DNA of 64,000 bases from Akkermansiaceae bacterium (GCA_051251915.1 JBPOGF010000011.1:1-64000), one strand, 5' to 3'; counted from the first letter of the stretch, positions 1 through 8,481 are shown. The notes: generated from the sequence alone by a model not told the origin. A program made the numbers and translations.

Positions 1-1
1 A

Positions 2-127
2 ACCATAGACAGGCTTTTTCTGATAGTATTTTCTAACAGAAATTCATCGATGAGTCCCCTTAAGTCCGTGCCATTCGACTCAGACCCTTATTACAGAGAC
101 TACTTAAAATCACTTAAAAAGAACTAA
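2..127 (+). CDS. 3' end of a gene entering the window (partial; possibly the ATPase partner of the HNH gene)
   Basis: Frame 2 is open from base 2 to TAA at 125-127 (...PFDSDPYYRDYLKSLKKN*). It ends 2 nt before the HNH ATG, suggesting an operon. Product not identifiable from 41 codons. Confidence 0.5.
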   Translation, partial: TIDRLFLIVFSNRNSSMSPLKSVPFDSDPYYRDYLKSLKKN

Positions 128-129
128 AC

Positions 130-990
130 ATGCGATATATTTCTAAAGATAAAGTTGATTTAGAGCTACCTGATGAATGGAAATCGGTGGTGAATACATC
201 ATGGAATTATGTACGTAAGAAAGCAGTCGCAGCGTGGAAAAAAGCTCGGTTACAAAATCTACCACTAGATGATCAACGGTTAGCATACATGAAAGCAATA
301 AAATCTGCTATTAATACTAAAGGTGTAGATACATGGCAATATATAGCGCCTATACTCGGAAATATATCATTTCAGAAATGCTGGTATTGTGAATGTCTAC
401 AAACTCGTTCAGACATGGCTGTAGATCACTATCGCCCTAAAAATGAGGTGGAGGAAGACAGTCTGCATCCAGGCTACTGGTGGCTAGCTTTTGAATGGAG
501 CAACTATAGATATAGTTGCACATTCTGTAATAGTAAACGGGCTAAAAACACTTCTACAGTAGGAGGGAAACAATGTAGATTTCCCGTGCAGGGTTATCGA
601 TCAAAAAAACGCTGCCAACCGACAACTAATGAGCAACCACTATTACTAGATCCTTTCATCCGAACAGATACAAGGCTTTTAACTTTTGCTACTAACGGTC
701 TACCTCAGCCAGCTGATATGGATAAGAACTCTAATGGTTATAAAAAAGCTAGTGTATCTATTCAAGTTTATCACCTCGACGAGAGAGGTATTAATCAAGA
801 GAGAAAAAGTCTTTGTATGAAAATCAGAAACCTAGTGACTGCAATATCAGAAAATGAAAATGAACAATTGAAAAATGAACTTTTAGACTTAGCTAGACCT
901 GAAGCTGAGTATTCAAGTGCAGCACGTATTTATATTCGACAGTATAGACCAAACCATCCTTGGATTTTAGAACTTCTAGAAGATCTCTAG
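130..990 (+). CDS. HNH endonuclease (type usually paired with an ABC/AAA ATPase, PtuB-like)
   Basis: KCWYCE...VDHYRPK...YWWLAFEWSNYRYSCTFCN: Zn-binding CxxC pairs around an HNH core. Visibly AT-rich. Confidence 0.85.
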   Translation: MRYISKDKVDLELPDEWKSVVNTSWNYVRKKAVAAWKKARLQNLPLDDQRLAYMKAIKSAINTKGVDTWQYIAPILGNISFQKCWYCECLQTRSDMAVDHYRPKNEVEEDSLHPGYWWLAFEWSNYRYSCTFCNSKRAKNTSTVGGKQCRFPVQGYRSKKRCQPTTNEQPLLLDPFIRTDTRLLTFATNGLPQPADMDKNSNGYKKASVSIQVYHLDERGINQERKSLCMKIRNLVTAISENENEQLKNELLDLARPEAEYSSAARIYIRQYRPNHPWILELLEDL

Positions 991-1064
991 CTATGATTTA
1001 TAACGAAACTAGATGAGTTCAAATTCCTAATTATAAAATCAAGTAATTAAAGATTATAACGTTA

Positions 1065-2201
1065 ATGAAACAGTTCAAAGAATTACTCCATATATTTCAA
1101 GCACTCCCTATAGTAATACAAAACCGCACAATTATGCAGGTCGCTGGTTATCCACATTACGAAAATGTCTGTAGTAATATCTTGGCTTTTTTCATCGATC
1201 CTGAGGAAGAGCACGAGTTAAACGATCTCCTTCTTCAATCGCTATTCAAGGTCATCCACAAATCTTTGCATGCTCCCTCAGAGGATGAAGATTTACCCTC
1301 TTTAGAAATACCCTCGTTTGATTCCGTCAACATTGAACGCGAATACACCACGGACGGCAACAAGCGTATCGACCTTGTAGTCACCGGAGAGAACTTTATC
1401 ATCGGTATAGAAAACAAAATCTATCACTGGCTAGCCAACGACCTCAATCATTACTCAAAAGCACTGAAGCAATGTGCCGCAGTGGAAAAGAAGAAGAGCA
1501 GTAGTGAAGCTTTACCGTCTATCTTTAAAACAGTTCTAGGACTTCACCCTATTCCTCGTATGAGTCTCTCTGGTGGCTTCACGTCCATCACCTACAAAGA
1601 CCTTTGGCAGGAAGTGCAACAAGAACTCGGACACTATTTACCCAATGCTTCACAGAAATGGGTCACCTACCTACTCGACTTCATAGAAACAACAAAGCAA
1701 CTCACTGAACAAAACATGGAACTTAAAGAGAACGATCAATTTTTCATCGAACACGACGAAGAAATCAAAGCCCTCAATATCGAACGAGATAAGTTTCTTG
1801 CTCGTCTCAATCATCAAGTATCGCAGCTTAAGGAAATGCTCAGTGCTGAGAAAGAAATAATTCCACTTCTAGCGAAAGAACCTTGGATAGCATACAAACG
1901 CTGTCTCGTCCTCGATTTTGTATTTGAGAATAACTATAATATCGCCTTTGATCTATGGCTAGAGCCTAGAGGTTGGGAGCTTCAATTATGGTGCCGACAA
2001 TCCACAAAAAGCGACTTTGTAATACGTCTGCTAGATCAACCTCTGATAAAAGAAAAATCTCCAAATCCAAAGCCACATAACAATCGATTTATCACTCAAT
2101 CATGGAAAGTTGGCACTACCCTTGAAGAAATCCTTCCTCATTTACTTGAATGGATTAAAATTTTACCTAGAGCAGCTAAAGAACTAGCACAAAACCAATA
2201 A
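1065..2201 (+). CDS. PD-(D/E)XK nuclease family protein (PDDEXK_4-like)
   Basis: HYENVCSNILAFF...EREY...RIDLVV...IGIENKI motif set. Confidence 0.8.
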   Translation: MKQFKELLHIFQALPIVIQNRTIMQVAGYPHYENVCSNILAFFIDPEEEHELNDLLLQSLFKVIHKSLHAPSEDEDLPSLEIPSFDSVNIEREYTTDGNKRIDLVVTGENFIIGIENKIYHWLANDLNHYSKALKQCAAVEKKKSSSEALPSIFKTVLGLHPIPRMSLSGGFTSITYKDLWQEVQQELGHYLPNASQKWVTYLLDFIETTKQLTEQNMELKENDQFFIEHDEEIKALNIERDKFLARLNHQVSQLKEMLSAEKEIIPLLAKEPWIAYKRCLVLDFVFENNYNIAFDLWLEPRGWELQLWCRQSTKSDFVIRLLDQPLIKEKSPNPKPHNNRFITQSWKVGTTLEEILPHLLEWIKILPRAAKELAQNQ

Positions 2202-2221
2202 GCGATAAAACTTATATCACT

Positions 2222-3466
2222 ATGTTAATTTTTTTGAATCATTTCCTAACTCAACTAGAGAACTTTAAAGCTGAGATCTGCGAGCAGGACGACAGACCAT
2301 TTCAATCCTTCAGCAAAGGCTACACTTATAACAGAGAAGGCTACAAGGATGAGCTCTACGCTATCGCCAGACGCCGCCTTAACATTACTGAGTGGGACTC
2401 TGAATCAATCGGTGATGGGGATATTCTCGACTGTGTTATTCATGCTATTGAGATTTCTAGAAGTGATGAAGGCGTAAATAATAATCTTTTAAAATGGAGC
2501 CAATTCGGAGCTCATAATATTCTCAAAGAAATCAAAGGAGATAAGCGATGCTCAGAACTAGAAGGGCTGCTCTATGACTTCTACACCGATGAGCTAGATG
2601 GTGAGGATGCCATGGAGCCGCTTATAAAGCTGATTGGACGTAGATACCCTCTCATCTCTTATTTATTCTTTATTAAGGATTGTGATCGATACCTGCCAAT
2701 CTCACCTAAAAATTTCGACTCAGCACTAGAAGTGCTAGGAAGCCCTCTTAAAACTAACCGTTCTTGTAGTTGGGAGAATTACTCCACCTACCTAGAGACA
2801 ATCACTGAGGTGCGCGATATGCTCCGTGCTGAAGGCTACAGCAACACCCGTTTACTCGATGCCCATTCATTCTGCTGGATGATAGTGGATACTCCAGAGG
2901 GAAGCAGCTCGGGGACAGTTCAAGTAAAAGACATCCAACCTGCCCAATTCATCCAAGCTCGTGATCTCAGCAAACCGATTGAACCGAATGACTCACACGA
3001 TGATTTCTATCCTCTAGATCACACAGAAAAGCAGCCTAAAGTAGTCGATTGGGCTAGCCTTGCGAAGCAGCGAGATTTAATCGGTCAGCTCAGCGAAGAG
3101 TTAGCACTAAAAGCTGAAATGCAACGGCTCATTGATACAGGACACCCTGAACTAGCTAACAAAGTAGCGCTGATCTCAAAGGATCACAGACTAGGATACG
3201 ATCTACATTCATTCGAGACCTCTGGAGAAGACAGACTTATTGAGGTGAAAACTATCTCAAATAGCTCGGGTCAAAGTGAGTTCTACACATCATCCAGACA
3301 GCTCAAACTTGCAGACAAAGCCGACAATCATTTTTACTATCTAGTCCACAACCCACGCTCCCAGCAACCAATCATAGAGCCGATCATAGAGCCGATCAGA
3401 GCCAGCGAGATAAGTCCTGAATCCAAGTCCCCCATCGTTTATAAAATCACTCTCCCTGCTCGTTAG
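2222..3466 (+). CDS. DUF3883 (NO VEIN C-terminal-like) nuclease domain protein
   Basis: C-terminal IG..SEE...LGYDLHS...RLIEVKT motif; helical N-terminal domain of unknown function. Confidence 0.75.
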   Translation: MLIFLNHFLTQLENFKAEICEQDDRPFQSFSKGYTYNREGYKDELYAIARRRLNITEWDSESIGDGDILDCVIHAIEISRSDEGVNNNLLKWSQFGAHNILKEIKGDKRCSELEGLLYDFYTDELDGEDAMEPLIKLIGRRYPLISYLFFIKDCDRYLPISPKNFDSALEVLGSPLKTNRSCSWENYSTYLETITEVRDMLRAEGYSNTRLLDAHSFCWMIVDTPEGSSSGTVQVKDIQPAQFIQARDLSKPIEPNDSHDDFYPLDHTEKQPKVVDWASLAKQRDLIGQLSEELALKAEMQRLIDTGHPELANKVALISKDHRLGYDLHSFETSGEDRLIEVKTISNSSGQSEFYTSSRQLKLADKADNHFYYLVHNPRSQQPIIEPIIEPIRASEISPESKSPIVYKITLPAR

Positions 3467-3503
3467 CTCCCGCTACTCATACTTCAGCTTCTAGATCACT
3501 CAA

Positions 3504-4496
3504 ATGGAAAAGCCACACTACATAACCAGACTCTCATACAACAGCGCTGAATGGCGCAGACCCACTCGGGATGCTCAAGACCAAGAATCTGGAGGGACTT
3601 ATAACGCAGAAAATGGATTTGGACATGAAGACTGGCTTTTCCGTAATGAGTGGATGCTTGATGGCTGGAAATACGGTTTCGTCCAAGGTGTCAATAGAAG
3701 CCATGACAAGTTAATCAAAGCTGGTGAAGCTTTCGACCTTACTCTCTTTACTATCAGAGGAAGAGGAGATCGTTATTACGTGGCAACGATAAGAGATGTA
3801 GAATGCCTCAATGACCAACTAGCAGGTAACGCACTAGAAGCATTCAACCAAAGGGGCTGGACTGCTACCATGCGCGATGAGATACGTAATATCGGCGGAA
3901 ATGAAGCCGCGCTAGGGAACGCACAAGCAAAGCTAATCCTCAATCTACGATTTAGATGGGAAAATATCGAATGGAGAAAGCCTGATCCTATCAATCAAAG
4001 TGATCCAGTATCTAAGCTGACGCGCTACACGCTGAATTCCTCAATACCATTAATTGCAAAAATAAATCACGCTAATTTTACTCGTAAAGGTTCTCTAGAG
4101 CCGCCAATTTTCACCCCTTATTTAAGACCCGCAAGAGCAACTGTCATCTGCACTCCTGAGCACGCACGTATGCAAGCTATCCTCATGGCGGAACTACGTA
4201 AAGAATACCCCGAAGCCGAAATTCTAGCCGAACAAGACTATATAGACGTTCAAGTTCGCACTGAGACTAAGATTCTACTTTTTGAACTGAAATCGGATCT
4301 AGCACCACTCACTGTTATTAGGTTAGCTTTAGGTCAAATCCTTGAATACGCTTATCACCCCAACCGTGAGCACAGCTTACCACTTGAACTCTTCATCGTC
4401 GGTCGCCGTGATTTGTCAGAGGAGGACAGCCAATACCTTAACTTTTTACGTTCTCAGTTTAAACTACCGATTAACTATCGGGTAATTCACATTTAA
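3504..4496 (+). CDS. Hypothetical protein with C-terminal PD-(D/E)XK-like nuclease domain
   Basis: H..MQ..L...YIDV....LFELKS....IRLALGQILEYAY; N-terminal domain (YNS..W.RP, GFGHEDWLF) unassigned. Confidence 0.7.
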   Translation: MEKPHYITRLSYNSAEWRRPTRDAQDQESGGTYNAENGFGHEDWLFRNEWMLDGWKYGFVQGVNRSHDKLIKAGEAFDLTLFTIRGRGDRYYVATIRDVECLNDQLAGNALEAFNQRGWTATMRDEIRNIGGNEAALGNAQAKLILNLRFRWENIEWRKPDPINQSDPVSKLTRYTLNSSIPLIAKINHANFTRKGSLEPPIFTPYLRPARATVICTPEHARMQAILMAELRKEYPEAEILAEQDYIDVQVRTETKILLFELKSDLAPLTVIRLALGQILEYAYHPNREHSLPLELFIVGRRDLSEEDSQYLNFLRSQFKLPINYRVIHI

Positions 4497-4505
4497 AAAA
4501 TAGCT

Positions 4506-5597
4506 ATGCCCATCGAACACGCAATCTGGACTGTAGGAGAAACTCCTACCTCACTCAGCACTACTAAACTTTCTAGTGAACAGGTCCTAGAAGAAATGAT
4601 CGATAAGGAGCCCAGTATCCTCTCTAACGAATGGATGCTCATCGGGCGACAAGCAATCACCTCTAGCGGTGGTCGTATCGACCTTCTAGCAATCGCACCT
4701 GATGCTTCTCTGGTATTAATCGAACTCAAACGCGACAAGACTCCCAGAGACATCGTAGCTCAAGCTCTCGACTATGCCACATGGGTAGAAACACTCTCCA
4801 CCGATAAAATCTCCCAAATCTATCACAAGTATTCAAATGGAGGCTCTTTAGATGATGACTTTGAAAAACACTTTGGCTCAGAACTAGATGAGGAAGCTCT
4901 CAACCAATCCCACCAAATCATTCTCTGCGCTTCCGAGCTGGATGCTGCCACCGAACGTATTGTCGGCTATCTCAACAACAAAGACATCCCGATCAACGTC
5001 CTGTTCTTCCAAGTCTTCCAACACGGCGACACTCAGCTACTCAGCCGCACGTGGTTACTAGACCCAAGCCAAACACAGGAAAATGTAGCTCTCACTGCCA
5101 AGTCCAAAGGAACTCATGAACCTTGGAACGGAGAATACTATGGTTCATTCGGTGATGCACTAGGACGCTCATGGGCAGAAGCTCAGAAGTATGGATTCTT
5201 TTCTGCAGGTGGAGGAAGCTGGTATAGCCAAACACTATCCATGCTCAGTCCTGGCGATAGAATTTGGGTGCGTATTCCTAAACTTGGCTACGTAGGAGTA
5301 GGCATCGTCGAGTCTCATGCTCAGCGAGCGGATCAATACATTATCAATACTCCTGAAGGCGAAAAACCCTGTTTAGATGTTCTAAAAGAATCTCACTACC
5401 ATCGTGACATGGCTAGCAGCTCAGAGGAAGCGGAGTATTTCGTAGATGTCAAATGGCTCAATACACTCCCTAAAGAACAGGCATTCCATGAAGTCGGATT
5501 TTTTGGTCAGCAAAACTCAGTATGTAGACCATCAACCCCAAAATGGCGCCACACTGTAGATCGACTCAAAGTGCAATTTCCTAACTGGGACAGGTAA
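4506..5597 (+). CDS. Endonuclease NucS-like (DUF91) domain protein
   Basis: SEQVLEEMI...IGRQ....GGRIDLLAI....LVLIELKRD...RDIVAQALDYA. Confidence 0.8.
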   Translation: MPIEHAIWTVGETPTSLSTTKLSSEQVLEEMIDKEPSILSNEWMLIGRQAITSSGGRIDLLAIAPDASLVLIELKRDKTPRDIVAQALDYATWVETLSTDKISQIYHKYSNGGSLDDDFEKHFGSELDEEALNQSHQIILCASELDAATERIVGYLNNKDIPINVLFFQVFQHGDTQLLSRTWLLDPSQTQENVALTAKSKGTHEPWNGEYYGSFGDALGRSWAEAQKYGFFSAGGGSWYSQTLSMLSPGDRIWVRIPKLGYVGVGIVESHAQRADQYIINTPEGEKPCLDVLKESHYHRDMASSSEEAEYFVDVKWLNTLPKEQAFHEVGFFGQQNSVCRPSTPKWRHTVDRLKVQFPNWDR

Positions 5598-5610
5598 CCA
5601 ACGTAATATA

Positions 5611-5878
5611 GGCATTTCATCAAAGATTGGGGACATGAGGCATTACTGTCAACATGTCCCACATGATTAATCACCTAAATATAGGCTTGAAGGATTACCA
5701 GATCCTTCAAGTGCAGAGTAGACCAGATCTCGTCATCCACGTATAACTAAAGTCTAGTAAAAGACCTCAAGCTTGTCCTTACTGTGATGTTCAAAAGCTT
5801 TATAGCAAAGGGCTGTATCAACGTAAGGTAAAGCACCTCGAATGCTTTGAGCAAGCTTGCACGCTCTCGCTGAGGTAG
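5611..5878 (+). mobile_element. ISL3-family left end plus truncated, stop-interrupted transposase 5' fragment
   Basis: Degenerate end GGCATTTCATCAAAGATTGG. ATG 5654 reads MSHMINHLNIGLKDYQIL...V*LKSSKRPQACPYCDVQKLYSKGLYQRKVKHLECF, which resembles the ISL3 zinc-finger N-terminus. Internal TAA at 5744. Confidence 0.7.
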
Positions 5879-6036
5879 TTCGATACGTTTTTCCATTGAG
5901 GGCAGTTGTTGCATGATTTGCAACAACTGAATCTCTCGCTAATTCACTATCCTAAAATATATTTTTTAGATGTTTGGAAACAACAGATTTATCGTGCCTA
6001 AACAAATCTTCTATGGGATTCAATAAAACTAAATAA

Positions 6037-6212
6037 GGCTCTTCATCAAAAATTGGTGACATGAGGCATTACTGCCAACATATCCCACATAATTAATCAC
6101 CTGAATAGAGGCTTGAAGGATTACCAGATCCTTCAAGTGCAGAGTATACTAAATCTCGACATCCACGTATAGTGAAAGCCCTGCTAAAGCTCAGTAAAAG
6201 ACCTCAAGCTTG
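6037..6212 (+). mobile_element. Second ISL3-family left-end fragment (diverged direct repeat of 5611-5775)
   Basis: Begins GGCTCTTCATCAAAAATTGG, an ISL3-type GGCTCT terminus. Shares long blocks such as GGCTTGAAGGATTACCAGATCCTTCAAGTGCAGAGTA and AGTAAAAGACCTCAAGCTTG with the first copy. Confidence 0.75.
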
Positions 6213-6332
6213 GGAGATATCTGCATCTGCGCGTAGGTCTTTGAACTGCCCTGCTATAAACTCATCCCACCCCAGCTGCTGGAGTTGATCGATGAGTTTG
6301 TTTTCTAGTGCTAGTTCGGATTGTGTGCTCAT
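6204..6332 (-). pseudogene. hsdR: Type I restriction subunit R, N-terminal stub
   Basis: MSTQSELALENKLIDQLQQLGW... matches the usual HsdR N-terminus. Its ATG overlaps the fic stop (ATGA). Truncated where the ISL3 fragment ends. Confidence 0.7.
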
Positions 6333-7336
6333 GATTGAGTTAAGAAGTATCGTCCTGATTTATGGGTGCCGCGTTTCTCTATGATACCAGCTTCGAGAAG
6401 TGGATTAATAATGTTCATGGCGCCTTGCTTTGATAATTTCAGGTATTCCCAGATCTCAGCAGGTGCCAGACTTCCATGATCTCGGAGCAGACCTAGCAAG
6501 CGTTCTTGCTTAGGCGTAAGGATCATTTTCTGAGAGGATGTGCTCTGAAATTTTTGTAACCTCAGCCATACATTCTCCAGCGTTTGCAATATCCCCCTAG
6601 CGGAATACTCTAGCCACTCAGTGAGATCACCACCCGCATTCCTCACCTGTGAAAGTGCTGCATAGTAAGCTGGTCGGTCTTCCCAGTAATATTCATCCAC
6701 AGAGAAGAGATAGTGTGCATCGAAGCCTCTACGGTAGAGATCCCACATCGCCAGTGCTCTCCCAGCCCGTCCATTGCCATCCGCAAATGGATGAATATCC
6801 TCAAAACGGTAATGCAGAATAGCCGAACTCAGAATAGGAGACAGCTCCTGAGAACGATCATTCCACCATTCGAGCAACTCAAACATCTGAGCCGAAACAT
6901 CTTCCCAAGGCGGAGGAAAGTGCTGCCCCACCTGCACATTGATCTGCCGATAAGATCCCGCACTCCCCTGATCCATCACCTCATCTGCTAGCAGTAAATG
7001 CAGCTGAAACAAATGCTCATGACGCACCTTCTCTATCCCGGCATTCTTCTCCACATAGCGCAGCCCTGAGAAGTAATTCAGAACTTCACGCTCAGAGCGC
7101 TGATCACTCTCCACTAGCTCCCGCCCCTCTTCCAGTGCTCTCACCTGCTCTAGTGTCAGCGGATTCCCCTCTATCGCAGTAGATGCATGACCATTCCGCA
7201 CACGCGTGTCTTTCTGCAGATTAGGAATCCAAGACAGCGAAACAGCAGCCCCCTCGATACACCCACGAATCGCCGTGATCTCTTCTACTAAAGAGAGCAA
7301 CTTCGGAGTAATCGTGAATTGAGGTTGATATGACAT
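6329..7336 (-). CDS. Fic family protein with N-terminal inhibitory helix and C-terminal winged HTH
   Basis: Canonical HPFADGNGRAGR motif, STAIEGN inhibitory motif and wHTH tail. Start moved to the ATG at 7336 (MSYQPQF). Confidence 0.92.
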   Translation of the reverse strand: MSYQPQFTITPKLLSLVEEITAIRGCIEGAAVSLSWIPNLQKDTRVRNGHASTAIEGNPLTLEQVRALEEGRELVESDQRSEREVLNYFSGLRYVEKNAGIEKVRHEHLFQLHLLLADEVMDQGSAGSYRQINVQVGQHFPPPWEDVSAQMFELLEWWNDRSQELSPILSSAILHYRFEDIHPFADGNGRAGRALAMWDLYRRGFDAHYLFSVDEYYWEDRPAYYAALSQVRNAGGDLTEWLEYSARGILQTLENVWLRLQKFQSTSSQKMILTPKQERLLGLLRDHGSLAPAEIWEYLKLSKQGAMNIINPLLEAGIIEKRGTHKSGRYFLTQS

Positions 7337-7419
7337 AACAAAATGAGTCAACTATGAGTCCACTAATCAGTCAAGCACATTAGTCAACTACGGGTAAAGT
7401 AATGCGTCCAGTGACCCAA

Positions 7420-7500
7420 TCACACAAACATCTGCTGAAGTAGACCTTTTTTGAATGCTTGGGCTTGGTTGAGTTCTTTGCTCACTAGCTCGATCTTGCG
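7420..7500 (-). pseudogene. hsdS: Type I specificity subunit S, C-terminal stub
   Basis: RKIELVSKELNQAQAFKKGLLQQMFV*, the typical HsdS terminal helix. In-frame stop just upstream at 7528-7530. Confidence 0.8.
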
Positions 7501-7595
7501 GTAATTAGCTACTCCATTCACCGCACATTATGAGGTGAATTATTTAAACATTTGAACTTTAGCCGTTCAAATAATGGGGTTGAATCAATCCTATC

Positions 7596-7820
7596 TCAAA
7601 TATTCAGCCAATATCGGGTGCTTTTTCTTTCTCCAGTCCGCTTTAGCACTCCTTTGTCGACGAGATTCTTTAGGTCTCGCGTCTCGTATCACGGTAGTGG
7701 TAGGAGCTTGGGAGATGCTCCTATAATTTGAAGCACTTAACCCACCTTTGAAGCCGTTTACTCCTTCTTCAAGACCCCTGAGTACCACATTCTTTTGTCG
7801 TCCATTTAAGCGGTCTATTG
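7596..7820 (-). pseudogene. C-terminal remnant of a second Fic protein (DUF4172-Fic type wHTH tail), frameshifted
   Basis: DRLNGRQKNVVLRGLEEGVNGFKGGLSASNYRSISQ...RD / RDLKNLVDKGVLKRTGERKSTRYWLNI*. The frameshift falls at a short duplication (GTCTCGC GTCTCG, 7674-7686). Confidence 0.7.
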
Positions 7821-7959
7821 GTGAACTATGGGGACCACCTCACTCATCGTGAACCACGCTAGCCAAGTAATTCGTGACATAAGACAAGAGAAATAAGCCA
7901 AAAAACTCAGTAAAATTAGGCGTTTGACAATAACACGAACTAAGTAATGATTTCATAAG

Positions 7960-8202
7960 ATGCCTACGCCCACAGAACAAAATTTCCAAGACTATAAAAA
8001 AGCCGAAAAGAAAGCCCTTGAACTCCTGGTGGAGATGAAAGCGACCAGTGCTAAAAAAACGGATATCGAGCTTGCTCTCCTTGTCGCTATTTTCGAACTA
8101 CACAAAGGCACACTCCCTGCCGAGACCGTAGGCACAATCGTGCAAGGCCATCTCGCACAATTAATGCCTCATTACAACAGCAACGCCCCGAAAGAGAGTT
8201 AA
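7960..8202 (+). CDS. Small hypothetical protein
   Basis: 80-aa ATG-started helical ORF with TTGACA at 7924 upstream. Confidence 0.7.
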   Translation: MPTPTEQNFQDYKKAEKKALELLVEMKATSAKKTDIELALLVAIFELHKGTLPAETVGTIVQGHLAQLMPHYNSNAPKES

Positions 8203-8236
8203 GCCAACCTCCAGGCAACCAGCATTGTCGTCGCGG

Positions 8237-8445
8237 TGGTGGTCTGAGAAGGATTGGCTGCGTTCCTCTCCGCCTATGCGGAGTGTATTTTCCTCCTCCG
8301 GAAAATAATGGTTTGTAGCCTTTGGCATTGGCTACGTTCCTCTCCACCTGTGCGGGATTGGTGAAATCCTCCTCCGGCTTTCACTTAGGGGAGAAGAGTT
8401 GATTTGCGGTGCATAAACTCGGGGCACTCGAACTGCGTTCTCATC
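8237..8445 (-). repeat. tRNA-linked repeat element ending in a copy of the tRNA-Tyr 3' end
   Basis: 8237-8255 matches 8518-8536 at 17/19. Internal 74-bp-period duplication (8253 vs 8327). The GATGAGAACGCAGTT motif is shared with the tRNA-Ser repeat. Confidence 0.75.
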
Positions 8446-8481
8446 ATTCTCTGCTTTGGTGACGCTATCTTTAAACAGAAA

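Noticed and set aside
991..4505. Integron cassette array for the nuclease genes
   Set aside because: Intergenic gaps are mostly too short and show no attC-like RYYYAAC...GTTRRRY palindromes.
7643..7669. CIRCE-like TTAGCACTC
   Set aside because: Only the left half-site matches, and it lies inside the Fic remnant, far from chaperone genes.
7591..7788. 65-aa ORF as a real gene
   Set aside because: It is a frameshifted Fic C-terminal remnant.
8237..8255. tRNA 3' copy as the att boundary of the defence island
   Set aside because: It is only 281 bp from the tRNA with no integrase between; better explained by the tRNA-linked repeat.
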